Below, one piece after another: positions 38,651 to 55,831 of a stretch of DNA of 64,000 nt (position 1 is its first letter; each line of letters starts with the position of its first letter). The position numbers and the translations under genes are program-made. The DNA is from the human T2T-CHM13v2.0 reference genome, Homo sapiens: assembly GCF_009914755.1 (NCBI RefSeq), contig NC_060929.1, one strand, 5' to 3'. A model generated the notes under the pieces. It was not told the origin of the DNA. It did not search any database and worked only from the letters and a program-made list of their open reading frames with translations.

Positions 38651-38940
38651 TTTTTTATTTTTTTGAGACAGAATTTCGCTCTTGTCACCCAGGGTGGAGT
38701 GCAATGGTGTGATCTCGGCTCACTGCAACCTCCGCCTCCCGGGTTCAATTGATTCTCATGCCTCAGACTCCTGAATAGCTGGGATTACAGGTGCCCGCAA
38801 CCATGCTGGGCTAATTTTTGTATTTTTAGTAGAGATGGGGTTTCACCATGTTGGTCAGGCTTGCCTCGAACTCCTGACCTCAGGTGATCTGCCTGTCTTG
38901 GCCTCTCAAAGTGCTGGGAGTACAGGCGTGAGCCACTGTG
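38651..38940 (-). mobile_element. AluSq-like, slightly 5'-clipped
   Basis: Reverse Alu (tttcgctcttgtcaccc...gtgagccactgtg); no clear TSD. Confidence 0.92.
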
Positions 38941-39195
38941 GCGGAAACTGGGCACCCAGGTGTATGGGAACTCCTTGTACTATCTTTCCAATTTTTCTGT
39001 AAAACTAAAACTGTTCTAAAAAATAAAGTTTACTTTTAAAAAGATCTGTTATCCAACAAAACACATTTTCAGATTAATTGACATTGGAAAGTCTGGAAAC
39101 AACTAGCAGTGTTAGTCTACTCTCATGATCTACTAGTAAATAATACAATCTCCAGCCTAAGTGGTATGTGGGGGAACAGGTAAAAGTGTTTTGTG

Positions 39196-39538
<343 letters not shown>

Positions 39539-40178
39539 CTATTTTGAAACAGTCAAAATAGACTATAAAGAGACTTATGTGCTTCTCCTGCTAGTCTGTG
39601 ATGCCCAAACATAAGCCTTGGAAAGATCTCAATTGCACCTGTTTGTTTAGGACTGAGACTTGAACAGATTTCCTTTTCATCAGCAGCATCAGATTTACAT
39701 TTCTCTATTAGAATAAAAGGTGGTGAGGGTTCAGTACGTATATTGCTGTCTCAAAACGTCCATTTTGGAAACCTTAAAAATTTTGAAATAATAGAACACC
39801 ATTAAACTGGTAATTTTGTATATGCAAAACACTACACACTCATAAGACAGCCAGGCTATGGGGGAGTCTTGCCAATAGTATGGAAAACCTTTACAGTAAC
39901 AGCCTATGTCATCAAAATGATTCATTGAATCCACCCTATTCTTTTTGATATGTTTTGACTACAGTATCTCTTGACTCAGACAATGCCATTGTTCATAATT
40001 TCTTGTGAAAAATGTAATGATGGTATTGTCAGCAGCTGCCGCCAGAGTTCCCTGATCATTCGGGGCTGCCAATCATTCTATGAGGAGAAAGATTATAACT
40101 CTGGAATTATTGGATTCATGATACAAATTAATAGATCTACTTGGTGAATGGAAAATAGAACATTAAGAAGGATATCAT

Positions 40179-43868
<3,690 letters not shown>

Positions 43869-44158
43869 ATATATATATAAATATATATATGCCATATATA
43901 CATAAATGGCATATATATTAATAATACATTTATATATATGATATATTTATAAGAAATATATATATATGGCAGAGAACACCAAATCCTCCTGGAAAATGTG
44001 AAAATACTGGAGGTGAGATGGCAACCTATTTAAGCAATTTATTAAATGATAACCCATGATAAAAAGGGTGTGTGTTGATCATGGACATGGATATTTTCCA
44101 GTAGCATCTTTTACTACTTTGCCAAATTTGACATGTATAGTGTTTCAACAAAAATTCA

Positions 44159-44497
<339 letters not shown>

Positions 44498-45575
44498 TTA
44501 CACTCGGCCCCTACCCCCCATACTCAGGGAGGAAATCAAGTGATTAGAATTTGAGCATGTCACAGTTTATTGTCAGTTAATACAGAATGCTTTGTTATGT
44601 AATCCAGGACAAGAAGGATCAAATATTATCATTATAACAATGCCATGATATTTGTTAGTGTAAAATAAGATCAAAGTTATGCTATCAATTTATCATGTGG
44701 AATTGAGGGTGAAAATTAATCCTATGGTGATGAAATATGTTCAATAGTTTTGATCCTTTAAGAGAGAAGGAGCTTGAGCCCAGAGTAGAAGTTTCCTTCT
44801 GTCTTTCAGTGGAGCCCCCTCAGCTCAGAACTAACAGAGCTCACCCTTGCCCTCTGCAGATCAGTGGTAAATGGATGCAATAGAAACCCTCTGGCATTAA
44901 AAAACACCTGGGGTTGTGGAATCTGCAAGACTTGGAGGGAAATGATGGTGATTGAGATAAGACTATTTCTTATGGGGAGTGGTGGTAAACCCCAGGGGAG
45001 AAGCTTGTGGAAAAGGGATACCAGAAGAGAAAAGAGTTAAAGGAAGAGGGCTGTGGGAGGAGGAGGCAGAAGGGGGATAATTAGGAAAGAGGAAGTGTCC
45101 AATGAGACACTCCCCCAACATCCTCACCCCCATCCTGAGTTCAGGACCATCTTCAAGGTCTCTTCACCTGTGTGGGAGTAAGGAGTCAGAAGCATGAGGC
45201 ACCGGATTCTCATTCCATCACACCCTTAGCTGTCAAGGTGGCTGCAGTGACATCCCTATTGTGGGTGACTATACAGCAAGGACCATCTCTACCTGCAGGT
45301 GACAGCCCAGTGAGGGAAAGAGAAAGGCCAACGTCATGGACACAGCTCTCTCTGGAGGACAGTTCAAGGCATTCTCTTCAATGCAGAGAGCAAATCCAAG
45401 GAGCTACTTCTCACAGAAATGTGGCCCACAGCATTCGCGCAGCCACTGTAGCCACAAAGACAGAGAACTATTTTGACTTTTGGGTTTGGTTAGGCTATTC
45501 TGACATGGGAGACATTTGATGATGCTATAACAATGCAGCTGTTTGGAAGCATAGAATAAAAATGACTGAGTCTAA

Positions 45576-46385
45576 TACAGGCAGCCAACAAATACATGAA
45601 AAAATCACTAATCATCAGAGAAATGCAAATTCAAAACCACAATGAGAAACCATCTCACACCAGTCAGAAGGGCTATTATTAAAGTCAAAAAAACAACAGA
45701 TATTAACAAGACTGCAGAGAAGAGAATGCTTATATACAGTTGATGGGAATGTAAATTAGTTCAGCCTCTATAGAAAGTAGTTTGGAGATTTCTCAGAGAA
45801 CTTAAAAAACAGAACTACCATTCAATCAAGCAATCCTATTACTGGGTATATACCCAAAGGAAAATAAATTATTCTACCAAAATGACACATGCATTTGTAT
45901 GTTCATCGCAGCACTACTCATAATAGAAAAGACATGGAATCAACCTGGGTGCCCATCAGTGCTGTACTGGGTAGAGAAAATGTGATACGTACACACCATA
46001 GAATACCATTGCCATAAAAAAAATCATGCCCTCTGCAGTAACATGAATCCAGTTTGAGGCCATTATCCTAAGTGAATTAATGCAGGAACAGAAAACCAAA
46101 TACCACCTGTTCTCACTTATAAGCGGGAACTAAACACTGGGTACTCATGGACAAAGATGGGAGCAATAGACACTGGGGACTGCTAGAGTAGGCGGAAAGA
46201 GGAGGGAATGGGTTGAAAAACAAACTGTTGGGTACTAGGCTCACTAGCTGGGTGATGGGATCATTTGTACCCCAAACCTCAGCATCACGCAATACATGCA
46301 TGTTACACACCTGCACATATACTCCCTACATCTAAAATAAAAGTTGAAATTATTAAAAAAAACCCAACCAAACAAAAGAAGACCC
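45576..46385 (+). mobile_element. L1PA16-like 3' end
   Basis: gatgggatcatttgtaccccaaacctcagcatcacgcaata...tctaaaataaaagttgaaatta. TSD AAAAT(GA/AG)CTGAGTCTAA. Confidence 0.85.
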
Positions 46386-47599
46386 AAAATAGCTGAGTCT
46401 AAATGTTAAATTTTTGCCTCTTATTACGTAGTGTCGAACAGAGTAGACACCTTACACCCTAACCCTGAGTTACAGGCAAATTTGAACCTAGGGGACAGGC
46501 TAGGAGTGGAGAAACAGTATTTTGTTCCTAATAAGATAAATGGTGGGCCTTTAGTTCCGTCCTTGTACCAGCACTCTTTCCTTATTGACTCTTCCAGAAG
46601 CTATGGTGCTAAAGAAGCCATAAAACGTGGCTGTGAACACTTTCCATAAGAATGTTCCATGCAGCAGATTCCATACATAAAAAATATAGAACTATATAAA
46701 GATTGCATAGCTGCTTATTTAGAGGCAGAACTGAGGGAGTGGGATTCAGAGGAGCTAGGCTGCAGCCAAAAATTATTCCAGGAGGAATGTGAGAGACTTG
46801 TAGGGCTTACAGCTTAAATTCTGGGCCCAGTATAAAAAGTGTGATTTAACTTACAGGGAAAATGGGTTCTATGTTGCTGAATTACTATTCTTCAATCAAG
46901 TGCTTTTTTTTTTTTTTTTTAAACCAGATGTAGTCTGGTTTTAACATTTCTGCTTCTCTGATGGATGTGATATGGCACCGCATCATAGTTCTTAATTTTC
47001 TCTCTCTGATGTAAACCTTAGGTGCCTACTTTTGGGAAGTAACGTATATCAATTCTAGGCAAGATTATTTGGAGGCCTCACAACAGAATCTACAACAGAA
47101 TTAGATTAGTGTTTCTTTCCAACTTTTGCTGGCCCTGGATATTGGAACACGTTATCTTGAATGACACTAGAAACATTTTATCCCTGCCCTATTTCTTTGT
47201 ATTCCTAGCTATACATCTAAAATTTTAGTTTCTATATCTGATTATGTTCTCCCGGGTCAAATGCCCTGGGTCATGTGCCTACCACTAAGACTCATCAGGA
47301 AGGAGATACAGAAAATTAGACAGCTCCAAATCCCAATGCATTCCTACTATAGTCCATAGTATTTGGCTACCTGACATCAAAGCCCACCTTACTTCACATG
47401 CTCAGTTCCGGAAAAAAGGAAAAAAAAAGAAAAACTGCCTTCCTTACATCATGCAATTATTTCTCCGTACATCTGAAAGTACACTTGTCTCTTTCCAGAG
47501 AGGTAGACAGGCCAAGTTTCACCAGTTACCACATTTTCAAATCCAGCTCCATCTAGCTCTGCACAACTCACATTCGGATTCCGCAATTTATATTCAATA

Positions 47600-47885
47600 A
47601 TGTGAAGTTAACCACCGTTAACACATTATATGAGATACTGAGTTCCATTGCCTCTCCCTCCTTGTAAATGGAGCCCATGACCAGAAACAATATTTTACGG
47701 GCAACCATAATGGTGAATGAGCCATTCAATAAGACCAGGGATAGTTTTGCTGGCAGAAGCATAGCAGGCAGGGACAGCAAACCTAGATCCAGAAGATCCA
47801 GAATAAGTATCAATTATAGTGATTTTAAATTGCTGCCCCTTTCATGACAGAGGGGATCCAATGTAATTAATCTGCTACCAGTTCT
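47600..47885 (-). mobile_element. ERVL-class (HERV16/ERVL-like) integrase relic
   Basis: Minus strand reads W*QINYIGSPLS*KGQQFKITIIDTYSG..FAVPACYASASKTIPGLIEWLIHHYG, matching the ERVL integrase WQxDYIGPLP..IDTYSG motif. Confidence 0.7.
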
Positions 47886-48389
47886 GTCTTCGGCTCTTTG
47901 GGGATACTGGCATCACTTTTCATATTTTTGTGATTGTACCCAAGATTTAAATTCCCAGGAAATAGAGATTGAATTCTGTGCCCAACCACTGATCAGGAAT
48001 GGAGGTTTAAGGGGATTATGATAGACAGAAACAAAAGGTTTGATTAACAAATATAAAAGGATAGGGATGCTTGGCAGGCAAAAAGAATAGATCCACATTC
48101 CACCACTTTGAGGCTCACTTACCCTCCCCCTACATCACATATGAATTTTCATGCATTTAGGTTTTTAAATGCCTCATTCTAATATAAATAAATTTATCTT
48201 ATGCACAACCAAGAATACTTTAGCTATTGTATCTAGCTTCAAGTTCAGCCTCTTGGGGTGAAGTCCAGCCTTCTTCTAGTTTCATTGTGATTCTGTCTTG
48301 ATATTCTGAAATCTGAAACTTGATTAAAAAAAACTTAATGTACTAGAGAGTCATCTATACTAACACATGTAACTCAAAATCATCCCTTT

Positions 48390-48750
48390 TTGCTACTATA
48401 TGAATAGTCTCTGATTTACCCATATTTCTGTTGGAGGGCATTTGAATTTTTCTATTGTTGACAATTATAAATATTAGAGCAGTAAACATTCTGTGTCTCT
48501 CTGTTTACACATGCAGAAGTTTTTCTCAGGGACATGTTTACCTAGGAGAAGAATAGCTGAATCAGACTGTGTGCATTTCTAACTTGTTTGATTTTTAAAT
48601 TAATTTCCACTTTATATTGCTGTTAACATTGTATGAGAACTATATTTCTTGACTTCCCCAGCAACAGTTGTTATTAAATTTTTAAACATTTTTGCTTACA
48701 TGATGGGTGTGACATGGCACCACATTACAGTTCTTATTTTCTTCTCTCTG
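48390..48750 (-). mobile_element. L1ME-type fragment, followed by a MIR remnant at ~48770-48910
   Basis: ggagggcatttgaattttt...agcagtaaacattct...tacctaggagaagaatagctg is antisense old L1. aagcccattttacaaatgaggact...taatttgtccaagg is the MIR core. Confidence 0.6.
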
Positions 48751-49384
48751 ATGTCAATCTTAGGTGGAGGGTATTCTTATTAAGCCCATTTTACAAATGA
48801 GGACTCTAAAGTGGAGGAAATAATTTGTCCAAGGCCTTATAGTTAGTAGGAGACTGGAAGTCAGGAATGATCCTGGAGCAAACTAACTCCAAAATTCATG
48901 CTGTTAATTCTCTTGCTGTAACTTGTTAGCATACACTTCACTGTTAGGCCAATATGCATCCTTAAAATGAAGAAACAGAGCCTGGAGGTGTATTTTTCTC
49001 CTCATTCTGTACTTTTCCAGTAGTCTGCCATCTGCGTGTTTTGTCTGCACCTTTTCCCATTCATCTTTTCTATCCTTTCCTTATTTGCTTTCACCCATCT
49101 TTTCTCTTCCCTCTCTCCCTCCATCTTCATATTTTAAAAAGTGACTTTAGCTTGGTTATTCTGCACAGCTATTCATAGGATTGAGAGAATAGACACAATA
49201 AATCTTGAGATATTAACTGATTTTTCTTTACATAGTATGTGAAAAAATTACAAACCTACCCATATCAAAGTTGAAGTGGAAAGAAACAACGCTGAATACC
49301 TTTGTGTGTGTGTAATTTGGAAATGACTGTTGGCAAAAACTGTCTGGAGCAGCTGCTTCTAATCACACCACTTGTCTCTTATAA

Positions 49385-49702
<318 letters not shown>

Positions 49703-51386
49703 TAAGCTTCTTTAGGAACTGAAATTATGCAGCAAATTTATAATGAACAATAAAATGTTGAATGGAGAGTTGCCCCACCATTCACTCCTGCATTAATTTC
49801 TTTAAAATTTCTTTGTCAAGTTCTATTATTAGCTAAATAAGAATTACCACCTAAGCAGGTAATATGAGAAATACCAAAATTACAAGCTCAGGATGCTCTA
49901 AACCTTGCGGTTCAAGAGCAGTGAAGCAAATTAGACTCAGTCACAAAGCACCAAGTTCAGCAAATTTCTAGGTCTCAGGGTTTGTTAGAAAGAAGATACA
50001 GAAGTTAAATCAACATTTTGATACAGAATGTTAAAGTTTTGTCTTTCTCGTGTTGTTCTTTTTCTTACCTAAATAGGAACTCTTTCCTCTGTGCCCACAC
50101 AGACTCTCTGTGCCCTCAGGACATTTTGTCTTCCATGAAACTTTTGCTTTATATGGTTGCCATTGCCATAGAATGAAAAAATTCATAAGAATGGAGCTGT
50201 GACTTTTTCATCTTTGATTCCTCATAGAAATTAGCACCTTGGCTGACACGTCGTAGGTGTACAATATATGATTCTCAAATTAAGGTGAACTGAATTCAAT
50301 CAAGGTAACAAACACCTGCTTTCTAATTCTGAGCGTGACTGTGAAGAACTAGCATTGAGCACATGCTATGAGTGCTGGTATGAATACTGCAAATCTTGCA
50401 ATCACCAAAGCCCCAAATTCTGGAATAAAACTCTGTTACTAGAAAAATTAAAGTGCCCTGGGTGGGATATGGGAGTGACGTTGTGGTATAGATTAGCAGA
50501 TAGCCAGTAAAGGCAATTCTGTTTTCTGCGGTATACCTTAATAAGCGGAGATGATGCCTTATCTCTGTATAGGTAAATTCAATCTTGTATAAGATGTATT
50601 CTCTTTAAATTAATACTTACAAGAGTTTTAGGAGATTGAAACAATTATTCAAAAGTTACTTTGGAATGCAGGAATTCACAAAAAAATTCTGAAAAAGTAG
50701 AAAGCATTGCAGACTGGCCAGACAAGGTATTAACACGTAATATAAAGTGTAGTTATTAAGACCTGATGGCACTGGTGCAGGACTAGATCAACTTTTTTAT
50801 CCATTCTCATTTGATAGACATTTAGATTGTTTCCAGTTTTCAGCTATTATGAATGGAGCTTCTATGAACATTCTTGTACAATTCTTTGTGTGGACAAAGA
50901 ATTGAGTAAATACCTAGGAGTGAAATTCTAGGTCTTATGGTAAGAGTAGGTTTAATCTTAGAAGAGATTGTTACACTGTTTTCCAAAGTCATCGTACAAT
51001 TTTGCATTTCCACCAGCAATGAATAGAATTTTAGTTGTTCCACATATTCTCCAATGTTTGGTAATGTCAATATTTTTACTCTTAACTGTTTTGTGAGAGT
51101 ATAGCAAATCTCAGTGTAGTTCTAATTTGCATTTATCTGATGACTAGTAATGTTGAGCATATTTTCATGTGCTTATTGGCCATTTGTATATCTTCTATTG
51201 TGAAGAATCTTTTCAAACATTTTACCGAATTTTGGCTTGAGTTGTCTTCTTGTAATTGAGTTTAAGAGTTCTTTATATATTCTGGAAACAAATGCTCTAT
51301 CAGATGTACGTATTGTGAATTTTTTCTTCCAGTCCATGGTTTACCACTTTGTTTTCTTAATGGCGTCTTTAGAAAAGCAGAATTTT

Positions 51387-54300
51387 GAAGTCGGGTAGTG
51401 TGATGCCTCCAGCTTTGTTTTTTGTTTTTTGTTTTTTTGCTTAGGATGGTCTTGGCTATATGGGCTCTTTTTTGTTCCATATGGATTTTAAACTAGTTTT
51501 TTCTATTTCTGTGAAGAATGTAAACGGTAGTTTGATGGGAATAGCATTGAATCCATAAATTACTTTGGGCAGTATGACCATTTCACTCTTCTAATCCACG
51601 AGCAAGGAATGTTCTTCCATTTGTTTGTGTCTTCTCTTATCTTCTTGAACAGTGGTTTGTAGTTCTCCTTGAAGAGGTCCTCCACATCCCTTGTGAGCTG
51701 TATTCCTAGGTATTTTATTCCCTTTGTAACAATTGTGAATGGGAGTTCACTCATGACTTGGCTCTCTGCTTGTCTGTTGTTGGTGTATAGGAATGCTTGT
51801 TAATTTGGCACAATTGATTTTGTATCCTGAGACTTTGCTGAAGTTGCTTATCAGCTTAAGGAGCTTTTGGGCTAAGATGATGGGGATTTCTAGATATACA
51901 ATCATGTTATCTGCAAACAGAAACAATTTGACCTCCTCTCTTCCTATTTGAATACAGTTTATTTCTTTCTCTTGCCTGATTGCCGTGGCCAGAACTTCCA
52001 ATACTATGTTGAATAGGAGTGGTGAGAGAGGGCATCCTTGTCTTGTGCCAGTTTTCAAAGGGAATGCTTCCAGCTTTTGCCCATTCAGTATGATGTTGGC
52101 TGTGGGTCCGTCATAAATGGCTCTTATTATTTTGAAATATGTTCCATCAATACCTAGTTTATTGAGAGTTTTTAGCATGAATTGAATTTTATTAAAGGTC
52201 TTTTCTGCATCTATTGAGATAATTTTTTTGAAAGTATTGAACGTTTTATTAATGTTAAGTTTTGAAAGCTTCACATTTGGGATACACTAAGATATAGGAC
52301 TACTGCTGCTTAAAGAAGTTATCCTTTAGCATTGGGTTGTTGGTTTAGGAGTTATGGAGCTTGGCTATTTTTTGCTAAGCATTCACAATCTATAAATTCA
52401 CAATCTTGGTCTAGGACTTGGCTCAGTAAAGTTAGACTCTCATCTTCTTCCTCACCAAAGTGCTTCTCAATGATGTTCAAAGCAGACTGGCCAATCTGAC
52501 AGTTCTCATGCAGTTGTAAAGCCTCAATTCTATCGATCCCACCGAGTTGTTCTATCAGAAAACATAGGATTTCCTTCTCAGACCGTTTCTCTGCCGCCTG
52601 GAGGATGCAAGAGATTACATCGAGGATGATGAGAACAATTTTAACATCTGGGGCAATGAGCAGATTTGCCAGTGGCTCCAGGACCCCAGAGTGGAGGATC
52701 AACTTATCCACGGTGACCCACATTGCAAAGTTAGCCACCGTCCAGACAGCCTCTTTCTGGACTTTAAATTCTCCATTTTTTTTAGCAGAGCCACCACGGG
52801 AGGCAAGACGTTGTAGGCAAGCAGCTGCTGGGTGTGGTGAGAGGGCCCTGCCGCCACGTTGCTCAGGGCCCAGGCCGCCTCCTGGATGGAGGACTTGTTG
52901 TGCTGCAGGAACTGGGGCAGCACGTTCAGCATGCCCGCGTCAATGGCCATCTGCTTCTGTTCATTTGTGCCTGTGATAATGTTCCCCATGGTACGGGAGA
53001 GAAGGGGTCCAGACATTGAGTTCTGAGATGGTCATGAGGGCTACTAGCCTGAGCAGGACCCCTGTGTCATCCACTTGGCCGATGAGCTCTTTGCAGCCGT
53101 AGGTGAGGTAGGACAGTGACCAGCAGGCTTCTGAGAGAACCTCGCTGTGGTGGCGCTGCAGGAGTGAGAGGGCACGCAGCATCTGCTTCACTGCAGTTTC
53201 GCAAGGGTACGGGGTCTTTTTTCGGCATAGGTTCGACCAGGTCCACGTGATGTTCCGCATAAATGTGATTGGTAGGGTGGGTGAAATCAAGGCCCGCAGA
53301 TGTGGGATGGCATTGCTTGAGATGACATTATCTCTGAACTCCAGGCCGTCACTGGGTATATTACCAAGAGCCCACATTGCCTGTTCACACACAGCCACGT
53401 TGGGGGAAGACAGGAGCTTGATCAAGGGCTGGATGGGTCCCCCTTCTACCACGGCTCAAATCTGCTCGGAAGTCCCTGAAGCAATGTTGGTCAGGGCCCA
53501 GGCAGCCTCAAACTGCAAGCAGGGGTAAAGTGATGACTTCAGGAACTCTACCATCCTGGGAATGAGGCCCGCTTCAATGATCAATTTCAGAAGGGGGTTC
53601 TTTTCCTGGGATAGCATTTTCCTGGCTGTCTGGGTGGCCTGGAAACGTGGGACTGAATCTGAGCTATTCACACCTTTGATTATTTCACCAGAGTGAAGCT
53701 GACTGCCACCTCTTTGGCTGGTTTTTCGGAAGCTGTATCAGGGCAGAAGCTGGTGATATTCTTTTTCTTTAAGATCCGTTCATCTTTCTTGGCCTTTCGG
53801 AGCTCCAGGCTGACTGCTATCCTCTGCTGTCGCCTCCGAGATGCATCTTTGCCTCAGTACTTAAATTTTCTCAACCTCTTTTCTGGAGCGTCTAAGGTCA
53901 CTTTTTATCATTGGTTCTGTTTAGGTGATAAATTACATTTATTGATTGGTGTATGTTGAACCAGCCTTGCATCCTAGGGATGAAGTCGACTTGATTGTGG
54001 TGCATAAGCTTTTTGATGTGCTGCTGGATTTGGTTTGCCAGTATTTTATTGAAGATTTTTGCATCAGTGTTCCTCAGGAATATTGGCCTTAAGTTTCCTT
54101 TTTTTGTTGTATCTCTGCCAGGTTTTGGTATCAGGATGATGCTGGCCTTATAAGATGAGTTAGGGAGAAGTCCATCCTTTTCAATTATATGGAATAGTTT
54201 CAGAAGGAATGCTAGCAGCTTCTCTTTGTACCTCAGAATTCAGCTGTGAATCCATCTGGTCGTGGGCTTGTTTTGGTTGGTAGGCTATTAACTACTGCCA

Positions 54301-55831
54301 CAGTTTCAGAACTTGTTATTGGTTTATTCAGGGATTCGACTTCTTCCTAGTTTAGTCTTGGGAGGGTGCGTGTGTCCAGGAATTTCTCCACTTCTTCAGA
54401 TTTTCTAGTTTATTTGTGTAGAAGTGTTTATAGTATTCTCTGATGGTTGTTTGTATTTCTGTGGGGTCAGACAAATAGACCAATGGAACAGAATAGAGAT
54501 CTCAGAAATAAGACCATACATGTGCATCCATCTGATCTTTGACAAACCTGACAAAAACAAGCAATGGGAAAAGGATTCCCTATTCAATAAATGGTGCTAG
54601 GAAAACTGGTTATCCATATGCAGAAAATTGAAAGTGGACTCCTTCCTTACACCTTATACAAAAATTAACTCAAGATGGATTAAAGACTTAAATGTAAAAC
54701 CCAAAACTATAAAAACCCTAGGAGAAAACCTAGGCAATATCATTCAGGACATAGGCATGGGCAAAGATTTCATGACAAAAACATCAAAAGCAATTGCAAC
54801 AGAAGTGAAAATTGACAAATGGGATCTAATTAAACTAAAGAGCTTCTGCACAGCAAAAGAAACTATCATCAGAGTGAATAGACAACCTACGGAATGGGAG
54901 AAAATTTTTGCAATCTATCCGTTTGACAAAGGTCTAATATCCAGAATCTACAAAGAACTCAAACAAATTTATGAGAAAAAACAACACCATCAAAAACTGG
55001 GAAAAGGATATGAAAAGACACTTCTCAAAAGAAGACATTTATGCAGCCAACAAACATGAAAAAAAGCTCAACATCACTGATCATTAGAGAAATGCAAATC
55101 AAAGCCACAGTGAGATACCACCTCACAATATTCAGAATGGCAATTATTAAAAAGTCAAGAAACAACAGATGCTGGCAAGGCTGTGGAGAAACAGGAACAC
55201 TTTTACACTGTTGATGGGAATGTAGATTAGTTCAACCATTGTGGAAGACAATGTGACTATTCCTCAGAGACCTAGAACTAGAAATACCATTTAACCCAGT
55301 AATCCCATTACTGGTTATCTACCCAAAGGAATATACATAATTCTATTATAAAGATACATGCATGTTTATGTTCATTGCAACACTATTCACAATAGCAAAG
55401 ACATGGAATCAACCCAAATGCCCATCAAGGATAGACTGGATGAAGGAAATGTGGGACATATACACCATGGAATACTATGCAGCCATACAAAGGAATGAGA
55501 TCATATCCTTTGCATGGATGTGGTTGGAGCTGGAAGCCATTATCCTCAGCAAACTAGCACAGGAACAGAAAACCAGACACCTCATGTTTTCACCTATAAG
55601 TGGGAGCTGAGCAATGAGAACACATGGACACAGCGAGGGGAACAACACACAGTGGGGTCTGTAGGGGAGCGAGGGGAGGGAGAGCATCAGGATAAATAGC
55701 TAGTGAATGCAGGGCTTAATATTTAGGTGATGAGTTGATAGGTGCAGCAAACCACCATGGCACATGTTTACCTATGTAGCAAACCTGCACAGCCTGTACA
55801 GGTATCCTGGAACTTAAAATTAAATAAAATT
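51387..55831 (+). mobile_element. L1PA10/11-like insertion with 5' inversion (twin priming): inverted arm 51387-54470, sense arm 54468-55831
   Basis: TSD AAAGCAGAATTTT at 51374-51386 and 55832-55844. Strand switch at a CAG microhomology (54468-54470). 3' UTR ggataaatagctagtgaatgcagggcttaat. Confidence 0.92.
52223..53900 (-). pseudogene. KPNA7: Processed pseudogene of KPNA7 (importin subunit alpha-8); gene symbol refers to the parent gene
   Basis: Intronless and colinear from TLDAPE (codon ~3) through the IBB and ARM repeats ([31 protein letters not shown]) to GEEEDESLTLLSQVLDQDCEFIDCECLAK. 3' UTR, AATAAA at 52245-52250 and A7 tail at 52223-52229. TGA stops at 53854-53856 and 53456-53458 plus several frameshifts. 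Confidence 0.95.

Noticed and set aside
52352-53900. Functional KPNA7 retrogene
   Set aside because: No start codon, an early TGA in the IBB domain, a second TGA at 53456-53458 and several frameshifts.
52605-53959. Plus-strand ORFs over the KPNA7 copy
   Set aside because: They are antisense shadows of a GC-rich former coding sequence, with no independent homology.
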